Shown: positions 10,419-19,012 of the stretch, piece by piece
Layout: the number at the start of each line of letters is the position of its first letter
Position numbering within the stretch: the first letter of the stretch is position 1
Source: Candidatus Micrarchaeota archaeon
GTDB taxonomy: Archaea; Micrarchaeota; Micrarchaeia; Anstonellales; Bilamarchaeaceae
Reading direction: 5' to 3'
Assembly: GCA_038046765.1 (NCBI GenBank)
Contig: JBBSVN010000005.1
Location: 12,037-76,036, forward strand
DNA: 64,000 nt
Position numbers and translations under genes: made by a program
Notes under the pieces: generated by a model
Seen by the model: the letters and a program-made list of their open reading frames with translations, nothing else
Database searches by the model: none
What the model was told of the DNA's origin: nothing

Positions 10419-10522
10419 TTAAATCGCACATCGAAATCGTTTACTTAAGATTTCTATTATAAAAACATTTAATATACATTTGGTGATAGATTAAAATATA
10501 TCCTTCTTCATTGTATTTCTCT

Positions 10523-10625
10523 ATACCAAAACAACTAAATGACGCACATTAATTGATTAGAGTCTACATAGAGGTTGTTTTGGTATTTAGCGAACCAACT
10601 TAATATGCATGAATTAGTTGGTTCG
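10523..10625. promoter_or_regulatory. two consecutive inverted repeats upstream of the multicopper oxidase gene
   Basis: IR1 is ataccaaaacaac (10523-10535) paired with gttgttttggtat (10574-10586). IR2 is cgaaccaact (10591-10600) paired with agttggttcg (10616-10625). IR2 ends 18 nt before the TTG start at 10643. Confidence 0.3.
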
Positions 10626-10642
10626 GTATAGTATAACTTTGG

Positions 10643-12304
10643 TTGATTACTTTGCAAAATCCTATAAAATACGCTTTGTTTGCATTATTCATTATATTCA
10701 TATTCGCTAGTTCTTACTTTTTAGTTTATTATACAGCATTTACAAAAGACATCGGCCTTTTTTCTCAAGATGGTTTAATTGGCGTAATGCCCAGCATGCA
10801 AAACAACAATCCTTTAGATACTGGTATGGGTATGAATCCTAATCCACCTGGCAATTTAGCTTCAGTTTCAAGAACCCTAGCTGGAACTAATCCAGTTAAG
10901 GATTCAAAAGAAGTGAACTTAAGTGATGGGTCTACTTATGCGCTTAGCGCAGATTTAGTTTCTAAAACAATTAACGGACAACAAATTCGAATGTATTCAT
11001 ATAACGGCGAGTTTCCGGGACCCACACTTCGCGTTAAACAAGGGAGTACTATTAATGTAAATTTTAAAAATAATTTGGATGTAGCAACTACTGTACATTG
11101 GCATGGTATAAGACTTTCAAATAATTATGATGGTGTTCCAGATGTTACGCAAAGCATTGTTAAACCTGGGGAAATTTTTACCTATACGCTTAACTTTCCT
11201 GATGCAGGCGTTTACTGGTATCACCCTCATGCTGAAGAAGATTTACAGCAAGAACTTGGTCTTTATGGTGCGATTATCGTTGATTCGCCAAGCGCTAGCT
11301 ATTATAATCCTGTAAATTTGGAACAAATTTTATTTTTAGATGATATTCTTATTAATAAAAACGATGTCTATCCATTTTACAATAAAGTTACTAATTTTGC
11401 GATGATGGGTAGATTCGGGAATACGATTTTAGTTAACGGCCAGGAGCAGTTTACTCTTAACTTGAAAAAAGGGGATACGGTTAGATTTTTCGCAATTGAT
11501 TCAGCGAATACGCGTACATTAAATGTTTCAATCGGAAATCTTAGCCTTAAGATGATAGGGAGCGACGGAGGCAAATACGAGCAGGAATTCTTTTCAAATT
11601 CATTTATAATTTCTCCATCTGAAAGGGCTACATTTGAAGCGAAGTTCGATAACGCGGGTAGTTACGATATTGTTAGTACTACTCCGCTTGGAACTACGAT
11701 TTTAGGTAAAATTCTAGTGCATGGTGTTTCAACAGATAACGATATTTCTGGTTTTAGTTCACTACGAGCGAATAACGATGTCATTTCAAGCATTAATCCA
11801 TACAGGCAATACTTCGATAAACCGAATGACTTTAATTACACTTTAACTTCTAAGGCAATTGGTGCGATGCAAGGAAATTCTGGGATGCAGATGGGTGGTA
11901 ATCCATACGATATCGAGTGGCAGGATCCTGATTTTAGCCAAAATAGTATGTCTACTAATATGGGTATTTCCTGGGTAATAAAAGATAAAAATACTGCTAA
12001 AGAAAACCTGGACATCAATCAAGCCGTTGCAAAAAATAAAACAATAAAAATCAAAATCGAAAACCCTATTGGCGGGGTCGATTCAATGCAACATCCAATA
12101 CACATCCATGGTGCTAATTTCTTAGTATTAACTAGAAATGGCGTTAAGAATACTAATCTAGTTTGGAAGGATACTGTCTTAGTTAAAAAAGGAGAAACTG
12201 TTGAAATTCTAACTTATTTCCCTAATTCTGGACAATGGATGATGCACTGCCATATTTCAGAACATCTAAGCTCTGGAATGATGAGTATGTTTAATGTTCG
12301 TTAA
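10643..12304 (+). CDS. multicopper oxidase (three-cupredoxin type) with an N-terminal TM anchor
   Basis: The four Cu-binding His/Cys motifs are present: VHWHGI, WYHPHAEE, HPIHIHG and HCHISEHLSSGMM. The start is TTG according to the track. Confidence 0.85.
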   Translation: MITLQNPIKYALFALFIIFIFASSYFLVYYTAFTKDIGLFSQDGLIGVMPSMQNNNPLDTGMGMNPNPPGNLASVSRTLAGTNPVKDSKEVNLSDGSTYALSADLVSKTINGQQIRMYSYNGEFPGPTLRVKQGSTINVNFKNNLDVATTVHWHGIRLSNNYDGVPDVTQSIVKPGEIFTYTLNFPDAGVYWYHPHAEEDLQQELGLYGAIIVDSPSASYYNPVNLEQILFLDDILINKNDVYPFYNKVTNFAMMGRFGNTILVNGQEQFTLNLKKGDTVRFFAIDSANTRTLNVSIGNLSLKMIGSDGGKYEQEFFSNSFIISPSERATFEAKFDNAGSYDIVSTTPLGTTILGKILVHGVSTDNDISGFSSLRANNDVISSINPYRQYFDKPNDFNYTLTSKAIGAMQGNSGMQMGGNPYDIEWQDPDFSQNSMSTNMGISWVIKDKNTAKENLDINQAVAKNKTIKIKIENPIGGVDSMQHPIHIHGANFLVLTRNGVKNTNLVWKDTVLVKKGETVEILTYFPNSGQWMMHCHISEHLSSGMMSMFNVR

Positions 12305-12475
12305 CTATAGCTTTCCGCATTTGCAGTTTGCTTCTGCTTCGTTGCATCTAGCACACATAAACATTGAGTGCTCTGTTCCGCAGCTATGGCTTGGCATATG
12401 CCTTTTAGATACTGCATTACAAATGTCGCACTTGTATCCTTTGGTAATTCCGCCACATTTAATACAATCGACCAT
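12305..12475 (-). CDS. 56-aa Cys/His-rich putative metal-binding protein (below the ORF-track size cutoff)
   Basis: Own translation: MVDCIKCGGITKGYKCDICNAVSKRHMPSHSCGTEHSMFMCARCNEAEANCKCGKL (9 Cys, 3 His; CxxC x3 plus CxC). An AGGTGA Shine-Dalgarno lies 5 nt upstream of the ATG. The stop codon directly abuts the stop of the convergent multicopper oxidase. Confidence 0.45.
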   Translation of the reverse strand: MVDCIKCGGITKGYKCDICNAVSKRHMPSHSCGTEHSMFMCARCNEAEANCKCGKL

Positions 12476-12768
12476 TCGATCACCTTTTTGCGTTTTACGT
12501 TCGTGCAGAATAAAACGACAAGGATTATAATTGTTGTTGTAAAAAAGTTTTTTGGTATTTGGGAACAGTTGTGAGTTTTCTTAGGTTACTAAGACCCCCT
12601 ATTAGTAAAATTTGGATTAAGAAAGTCTGGCCCAAAAGTAGTAGTAATATTAGGATAGTTTTCATTCGTCAATTTACAACTGCTTGCAGTTGGAGAGACA
12701 GAGAAGGCTCTGCTCTTCTCTGGAAACTCGAAACTCAAAACAGGAAACGGGCAACGAGAAAGAGAAAA

Positions 12769-12897
12769 TGGGCCCACGCGGAATCGGACCGCGAGTCTTC
12801 TGCATTTTGAAAAACGTTTTATGTTTTCCGTCAAGCAGACGTCTTACCAATATCGAAACTTTTTAATAAATTAAAAAATGTATTCGACTATAGGCCC
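12769..12897 (-). tRNA. tRNA-Val (anticodon GAC) with two introns (D-loop ~30 nt; 37/38, 24 nt)
   Basis: Hand fold:
- acceptor GGGCCTA/TGGGCCC plus discriminator A;
- D-stem GTCG/AGAC;
- anticodon stem TCTGC/GCAGA with loop TT-GAC-G before the intron;
- T-arm CGCGG-TCCGATT-CCGCG.
No CCA is encoded. The T-loop has C where U55 is expected. Confidence 0.6.
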
Positions 12898-13070
12898 ATT
12901 GTATATACTTATATAATTCTCGCCAACTTAGAAAAAAGTGGCATCTCTATTTATTGACTTGTAGGACAACGCACATATATACTTCAAATGGCGTTGTCAG
13001 CAAGTGACGACTTAATTGCTTAAATTTTCGTTCAAGCAAAAGTAGTAAAAATATTATATAAAAAAGAGTT

Positions 13071-14270
13071 TTAAAAGACTCCGACTTTGCCAAAAACAAT
13101 CTTATTTTGCAATTCAACGATATTTTCAAGGTTTTTATCGATAATATATTGAACTTGGCTTTTTATTTTCTCGTGGTTTCCATTCCTCATTAATATCGAT
13201 GCACCCGCCATTTTTGGCTGGTCGATTGGTTTTCCAATCTGTGAAAGTAAAGTAATCGAAACATCTTCAATATCTGGAATTTCCTGTGCTATCTGATTTG
13301 CAATATCAAATGATAATACGTTGTAAATTTTACCAACGTGGCTAACTGGATTTTTACCAGCTGCTGCCTCAATCGACATTCCTCTAAATGGTGTAATTAA
13401 TCCATTTACTCTGTTTCCTCTGCCTACGCTTCCATCATCGCCCATTTCCGCGCTTGTTCCGGTTAGGGTGATATAAACAGAACCATTTTTCTCATCATCA
13501 GCGGTGTTTACAAATATTTCAATATCTAATGGTGTGGTTCTTTTCGCGACTTCAACTGCATCTTTTGCAACGCGCTCTTTAAATTTCATGTATTCATCAA
13601 CAGAATGGACAAATTTAGAAATAAATGCAACTGCAATTGTAACCTTAAGTTTGTTACCATCTCTTAAGCCCATAACCTTAATATCTTCACCAATTTCTGG
13701 GTGCATCGTTTTATAATTTGTAGAATTAAGATGTAATTCTGTTTGCAACACTACTTTTTCTAAATCGCTCATTGGCGCATATCCAGTTCCAAAACTAGTG
13801 TCGTTTGCTAATGGTATTTTTTGTTCACGCGAAAATAAATCTACTAAGTCAGCTGAACCTGTTGCTATCCTAGATTCTACTTCCACATCGTTTTCAATGT
13901 CTAAATTTCGAACTGCTTTTTTCAAGTATTCCTTTGCTGTTTTAATTGCGATTGTCTGGACAGGTATCTCCCTATTTTGGTATCTTTCAATTGCTCTTCC
14001 ACTTAGTAGAATATATATTGGCTTAAGGAATCTGCCTCCTCCGAAAAATACATCTGTCGATCCGCCAACTATTTGTCCCTTATCAACGTTATGGTGTAAA
14101 ATTTTTCCAAATTCGTTTATGTAAGCTTTACTTAATTCACGGCTGATTTCTTCCATCATTCCGTCAATTATTGAATCAGGGTGACCTAATCCTTTTCTTT
14201 CAACTAATTCTACTTCTCTTTTTGATGCTGGAATATATTTTGCTTCTTCAACTACTATATTTCTTGTCAT
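13071..14270 (-). CDS. metK: archaeal-type S-adenosylmethionine synthetase
   Basis: MTRNIVVEE...[14 protein letters not shown]...[14 protein letters not shown] is typical of archaeal MAT. I place the start at the internal ATG 14270, preceded by AGGTG, rather than the track start at 14360. Confidence 0.88.
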   Translation of the reverse strand: MTRNIVVEEAKYIPASKREVELVERKGLGHPDSIIDGMMEEISRELSKAYINEFGKILHHNVDKGQIVGGSTDVFFGGGRFLKPIYILLSGRAIERYQNREIPVQTIAIKTAKEYLKKAVRNLDIENDVEVESRIATGSADLVDLFSREQKIPLANDTSFGTGYAPMSDLEKVVLQTELHLNSTNYKTMHPEIGEDIKVMGLRDGNKLKVTIAVAFISKFVHSVDEYMKFKERVAKDAVEVAKRTTPLDIEIFVNTADDEKNGSVYITLTGTSAEMGDDGSVGRGNRVNGLITPFRGMSIEAAAGKNPVSHVGKIYNVLSFDIANQIAQEIPDIEDVSITLLSQIGKPIDQPKMAGASILMRNGNHEKIKSQVQYIIDKNLENIVELQNKIVFGKVGVF

Positions 14271-14397
14271 AAGTACACCTTTAAGTAAACTGATTATTCT
14301 TGAAAAATAAGCTATAATTGGTATTTGTACTTTATTCTTTTTAAGGTTAAGTAAATTCATAAATTATTCTTATTGGAATAAAATAAAATAATAAAAA

Positions 14398-14703
14398 CTA
14401 GTTCATTCCTTTTACAAATATTACCCAAAGAGCGCCAACTTCGATGTCTGGTGTGGTGTTACAATTTTCAAAGCATAGCCTTGCCTTTACAACACTGGAT
14501 AATTCATGTCCGCTCATACTAAGTATTTTTCCTTTTTCAACTTTAGCAAGAATTGTTCCGAATTTATTCTTTATTTCACTAGATGTAAATCTTAGTATTT
14601 CCCCTCCTTTTTCATCGCAGATAATTCCGCGTTCGATACGGCCGACAATTTCTCCATTTTTTTCTAATATGTTACCATTTAAACTAAATTCAGAAGTCAT
14701 CAA
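14398..14703 (-). CDS. hypothetical protein
   Basis: Track ORF of 101 aa. I recognise no family. Confidence 0.35.
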   Translation of the reverse strand: MMTSEFSLNGNILEKNGEIVGRIERGIICDEKGGEILRFTSSEIKNKFGTILAKVEKGKILSMSGHELSSVVKARLCFENCNTTPDIEVGALWVIFVKGMN

Positions 14704-14728
14704 AAAGCACCTTTTTTATTTTATAAAA

Positions 14729-15388
14729 TTAAACGCCATATTTCTTTCTATACTCTAAATATTGATCGTATAATTCGTCATTAACATAAATCTTTTCTCC
14801 TATTTTTCTATTTTTTAAGTATTCAAAAATTTCTTTTATGTTTGCTATTGCATGAACCGGTATACCCGTATCCTCTACAAATTCTTCTAAAGCACTAAAT
14901 TTTTTCCCCTGCTCTATTCTGTCAACTGAAATCACTATACTAATTACCTTGCTTCCAAGTTTTTCTATTTTTTCAATTGCTTCTAACTTAGTTTCTCCAG
15001 TTGTCATAACATCGTCTAATAAAATAACTTTAGATCCTAAATCAAGTTTTGCACCAACAAAGGAACCTGCGTCCCCATGTCTTTTCATTTCCTTTCGATC
15101 AAATATCCATTCCCGATTTATTCCAAATTCTTTTTGTAATGCAATTGTTGTCGATACTGCTAGCGATATTCCCTTATAAGCTGGTCCAAAGACTGCGTGA
15201 AAATCCTCACCATGTTTTTCTTTTATTTTTGTTGCAAAATATTTTCCTAGTTCATAAGTTGTGTATCCGTTGCAAATCCCTCCGATATTTATAAAATAAG
15301 GCGAGTGTCTTCCACTTTTTAGTAAAAAGTCGCCGAAAGTAACTGCTCCGCTTTTAGCTAGAAATTCAATAAATTGTTCATTAGCCAT
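14729..15388 (-). CDS. pyrE: orotate phosphoribosyltransferase
   Basis: PRPP-binding motif VILLDDVMTTGETK and the N-terminal FGDFLLKSGRHSPYFIN. Confidence 0.85.
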   Translation of the reverse strand: MANEQFIEFLAKSGAVTFGDFLLKSGRHSPYFINIGGICNGYTTYELGKYFATKIKEKHGEDFHAVFGPAYKGISLAVSTTIALQKEFGINREWIFDRKEMKRHGDAGSFVGAKLDLGSKVILLDDVMTTGETKLEAIEKIEKLGSKVISIVISVDRIEQGKKFSALEEFVEDTGIPVHAIANIKEIFEYLKNRKIGEKIYVNDELYDQYLEYRKKYGV

Positions 15389-15501
15389 GTTAATCGATTA
15401 TATCTACAGTGATAAGATTGAAAAAGATTATGTTGTTATAATATTCTAGAGTTAAGCAAATAAATTAAGAAAAAACTTGTTGAAAACCAGGTATACTTAT
15501 T

Positions 15502-15753
15502 ATGACTAATCGAATTGAAAGAGCTAGATTGGTTAAACCAGACCTTGCACGTTATTCGCCAGGTTCATTATTGTTTTACCAGGAACCTCTTAAGCGTCCT
15601 ACTGCTCAAACTCGGCAATCTTATTTTCCAACAAAATCCGCTCTTATTTACGTAGTAGCTGCTGTTTTAGCTTATACTGCATTTAATTCCTTTAAAGATA
15701 AAAATGAAATATTGGAACCTGCTAAGCTTGCGCAGATAAATGAAAGAAAATAG
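15502..15753 (+). CDS. hypothetical small single-pass membrane protein
   Basis: Track ORF of 83 aa with one TM segment (ALIYVVAAVLAYTAF). It is the first gene of a plus-strand island. Confidence 0.35.
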   Translation: MTNRIERARLVKPDLARYSPGSLLFYQEPLKRPTAQTRQSYFPTKSALIYVVAAVLAYTAFNSFKDKNEILEPAKLAQINERK

Positions 15754-15865
15754 AGGTGGATTTCATCATCCAAAAAGGGTTTTCATTAAGAAAAGGGTCA
15801 GACCTATACCAAAATAATCCACTAAATACAACGCTTTTTAAATACTTTCTTGCTAATAACCTATT

Positions 15866-16975
15866 ATGGACTTAAAACAGCCTAGAATTAGACGTAGAAT
15901 CGTATTTGACCGTGAAGAAAATTTCGTTTGCTTAGGTCAAGGAGCTGTTTTATTACCTCAAGATCGTCTTCAAAGTTCTGTAGTAGATGGCACACCATCA
16001 AGATTTGCTATATCTGCTAGAACTCAAATCGGTAATCGCAAAAAAATTTGTCAGGATAGCGGCTTAATAATACCAGGGATGGATCATGCTCTTCTTGCTG
16101 TTGCTGATGGGAATAATGCTAGTGGTCATGCTATCTCGGGGCTCTTGTTAACATCCCTCTTTGAATTTTACGAAAAAGAAAGAGCCCGTTTAAAAGATCC
16201 GCCCACATTTCTAGCCGATGCAGTTAAATCTGCAATTAAAGCTGTAGAAAACAGTAAATTTGGCTATGTTGAGGGTACTACTCTAACAACCGTCTTGCTG
16301 TATGAGGACATAAAATACGCGCTAGTTCGAATTGGAGATAGCGACGCTTTTAAAGTAACAGATTCTGGTTGTGTTTCAAAACTTATAAAAACTCCTGACA
16401 CCGTTGCAACTCTAAATCATCATAAGGGAGATGATTTTAAAAGTGTCTTGGGTTTTGATGTAGTGTCTTATATAAAAAATCGAGCACTTCTTGAAGAAAA
16501 TATTCCAGTATTCATTAAAGATATTGTTGTTCACGAAGGGACTATTTCTGCTAGTGACATAATTATGCTCGCAAGTGATGGTCTTAGAAGTAGTTTGAGG
16601 GTCGTTGTCGATAACGAAGGAAAAGTTTTAGATGGGGTAGGCATGGAAGATTTTAACGACCTTGTTTACAAAACTTTACGTAATCATCCTGCGGGATTAT
16701 CTTTAGATGGATTAACATTGTGTTTAATCGATGACATTCAAAAGAGAAATGAACGTATAATAGGGGTTATTGCAAGAATAATTAATACCGATCCAGAAAT
16801 GCTTTTAGATCATTACATATCTATATCTTCAAACTATGCTGATAATCTTCATGCTTTTGAAAAACAAAATATCATCGGTCGTTTAAAGATAAAAGATATT
16901 CTTTGCCCAAATGGTGATGATCTTACAATTATCGCTGCTGGAATTAAAGAGCCTGATCAAGAAGACGATTTTTAA
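15866..16975 (+). CDS. PP2C-family (PPM) Ser/Thr protein phosphatase with extended C-terminal half
   Basis: AVADGNNASGHA, RIGDSDAF, LASDGL and a terminal GDDLTIIA, in the order of the PPM metal-binding motifs. Confidence 0.65.
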   Translation: MDLKQPRIRRRIVFDREENFVCLGQGAVLLPQDRLQSSVVDGTPSRFAISARTQIGNRKKICQDSGLIIPGMDHALLAVADGNNASGHAISGLLLTSLFEFYEKERARLKDPPTFLADAVKSAIKAVENSKFGYVEGTTLTTVLLYEDIKYALVRIGDSDAFKVTDSGCVSKLIKTPDTVATLNHHKGDDFKSVLGFDVVSYIKNRALLEENIPVFIKDIVVHEGTISASDIIMLASDGLRSSLRVVVDNEGKVLDGVGMEDFNDLVYKTLRNHPAGLSLDGLTLCLIDDIQKRNERIIGVIARIINTDPEMLLDHYISISSNYADNLHAFEKQNIIGRLKIKDILCPNGDDLTIIAAGIKEPDQEDDF

Positions 16976-17020
16976 TTATTTATTTCTTAGTTTGTTCTTT
17001 GCTTCAATCTAATTTTTTAT

Positions 17021-17223
17021 ATGTTTGCCATATGTTTGCCAAAATAAAAGAACTTGAGGCTTTGACTTATTAGATTTAACTTTAAAAAACTAGTAGCTTT
17101 TACTTCGTAGAAGTGATAAGAAAAACGCTTCCATCAAAACCCGCTGTCCGGCATCATGTTCTTCAAAAAAAGACTCTTGTTTGCCACATGTTTGCCAAAA
17201 TATTAATGGCAAGTGAATGGCAA
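17021..17223. promoter_or_regulatory. phased TTGCCA/TGGCAA half-site array (two 25-nt repeat blocks plus a dyad) upstream of the 17316 ORF
   Basis: The block tgtttgccaYatgtttgccaaaata occurs at 17022-17046 and 17178-17202 (24/25 identical). TTGCCA sits at 17025, 17036, 17181 and 17192. TGGCAA sits at 17207 and 17218. The spacing within pairs is exactly 11 bp and the dyad centre is at 17202. Confidence 0.5.
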
Positions 17224-17315
17224 ACGAATTGAATGTGTTCTTTTGGTAAGTTAGCTTTTATGTGGTCTAAACTAGAAAAGCATATATTTAAAAGGACTTT
17301 GGAAGTAACTATATT

Positions 17316-18674
17316 ATGTCACATTTAATAACACTTAATAGAGATCAAAGCGGAAAAATAAGGCCAAGGTATTCTTCCAAAACAGAAATTACTTCCGAAC
17401 GTGATTTTGGTCGTTTGAATTTAGACCCCTTCTCATGCTGGGATCCGCGTAAAAAAGTTTCCGTAGTTCCATTATATTTAGATTCTGTTCCTATTAGGGC
17501 AAAAGATAAAACTCCCGATTTCGAACTACTCCCCTCTCATTTGAGATCTATTCTAAGTGAAGGCATACTCAGAACTTCGGGTTCAAGACGAACAGATTAT
17601 TCTGTTTTGATGGTGCATAATACGGATCATGATTGTCCAGAAGGTCGAACAGGCGCAATTTTATATAAAGGAGAGCCAACCATAGTTTCAATAGAAAGCA
17701 AGGAGTTTGTTGTTGAAGCTAAGGGAGTTGGATCCTATGATGGAAATAATCGAAGGACTAAATCCATGGTAAGAAGTTGTGGTTCTGAACAATCTGTAGA
17801 TTTATGCGGTTCAATGCCTCAAGAAGAAGGAAAAACAGAATTTGAAAATCTTGAAATTTTAAGGCTAGCAAGAATGGGACTTTTTGCTCAAGGAGATATG
17901 CCAAGAGCAGTTCAATTGATTACTTATGCTACAGATGTAGAATATGGTTATCACTCAGATCGAACTAATCAATCATACTTAGTTAGGTTAAGTCCAGGTA
18001 CTCAAAGAGCATCCTTTAGGCAGAACGAAGCATTCGAACTAGATGATCCTATAAAAATTGCAGAATCCGTAGCAAGAAATTTAGCTCAATTGTTAATGCT
18101 ACCATCAGTTTTAACACCAGCAATTCATCCTGAAAATTTAGTTCGTCTTAGTGGTGGCAATTATGGGATAACCGATCTGGCGGATGCCACTTCATTATAT
18201 AATTTCGACGATCCTAAGGGATATTATGTTAAACAAGCCGTTCTAACCCGATTTTTTGAAACTCCTGGCCTCAATCCAGAAGCTAAACTAACTTTTGCAA
18301 AAGTACTTGTTGAATCATTAGGTCTTAGATTTGACCCTCAAGAAGATTTGAATTTGAGTTTATATAGAAGATATTTCGCTCCAAGATACTATGCTGTAAA
18401 AAAAACGTTGTTAGATATTGACGAAGAGATCGATTCTATTTCAGGTATGATAAAGAGAGATCAAGAATCAAGTTCTCATGCCTTTATCCTTAGACTAGTT
18501 AAGGGTTCACTAGAAAAAGAAATCGATTTTCTATCTGATATGAATGATGACGATGCTAGAAAAAGGGTATTAAAATTAAAAGAAAATTTAGTTAAAATAG
18601 ATGCGATTCTTCAAAATCCCTCTGCTCTAGCCGAATTTAAAGATGGAGAATTCTGCAGACAATTCTATCAATAA
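17316..18674 (+). CDS. hypothetical protein with a protein-kinase-like core lacking the canonical catalytic Asp (possible pseudokinase or atypical kinase)
   Basis: EFVVEAKGVG is a candidate beta3 Lys. AIHPENLVRLSGGNYGITDLADA resembles the HxDxHPxN...DFG-type catalytic and Mg loops of APH/RIO/choline-kinase-like folds, but has Ala where the catalytic Asp is expected. A helical C-terminal domain follows. Confidence 0.4.
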   Translation: MSHLITLNRDQSGKIRPRYSSKTEITSERDFGRLNLDPFSCWDPRKKVSVVPLYLDSVPIRAKDKTPDFELLPSHLRSILSEGILRTSGSRRTDYSVLMVHNTDHDCPEGRTGAILYKGEPTIVSIESKEFVVEAKGVGSYDGNNRRTKSMVRSCGSEQSVDLCGSMPQEEGKTEFENLEILRLARMGLFAQGDMPRAVQLITYATDVEYGYHSDRTNQSYLVRLSPGTQRASFRQNEAFELDDPIKIAESVARNLAQLLMLPSVLTPAIHPENLVRLSGGNYGITDLADATSLYNFDDPKGYYVKQAVLTRFFETPGLNPEAKLTFAKVLVESLGLRFDPQEDLNLSLYRRYFAPRYYAVKKTLLDIDEEIDSISGMIKRDQESSSHAFILRLVKGSLEKEIDFLSDMNDDDARKRVLKLKENLVKIDAILQNPSALAEFKDGEFCRQFYQ

Positions 18675-18686
18675 AAAGGTGAAATT

Positions 18687-19001
18687 ATGAATCTTGGTTT
18701 TGTTTATCGATCAGTAGAGAGTCCCCTTCGAGGCACAATTGATGGTGGGCAAACCATAATTAAATCCACTGTAGTTGGTAGAAAACACCCCTTTGGAACA
18801 AAGTATTCTGTTACTTTAGAAGTTCCTTTTGGAGCTGAAGGCGGGGTTCAAATCCAAGTATTAAAAAGTAAAAGTGCACAAGAGATTCTGAGTGCTCTAA
18901 AAGATTTGGAAGCTCAAGCTCAATCTGACGCTATAAAAACGTTATCTATTTTTGCACAAGATCAACTGAAGGAAGTTAGAGTTGGAATAAATGATTGCTA
19001 A
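18687..19001 (+). CDS. hypothetical protein, translationally linked to the 17316 ORF
   Basis: Track ORF of 104 aa. It starts 12 nt after the upstream stop and is preceded by AAGGTGA. Confidence 0.4.
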   Translation: MNLGFVYRSVESPLRGTIDGGQTIIKSTVVGRKHPFGTKYSVTLEVPFGAEGGVQIQVLKSKSAQEILSALKDLEAQAQSDAIKTLSIFAQDQLKEVRVGINDC

Positions 19002-19012
19002 AAAGATCTAAT

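Noticed and set aside
12725-12752. Three GAAAC pentamers (ggaaactcgaaactcaaaacaggaaacgg) that look like CRISPR repeat ends
   Set aside because: There is no repeat-spacer periodicity, the units are only 5 nt long, and no cas genes lie nearby.
12294-12866. Seven overlapping track ORFs (60-83 aa) between the oxidase and the SAM synthetase
   Set aside because: They overlap each other in several frames and have no SD and no recognisable motif. The region is better explained by the SD-preceded Cys-rich 56-aa ORF (12305-12475), a non-coding spacer and the tRNA-Val gene (12769-12897).
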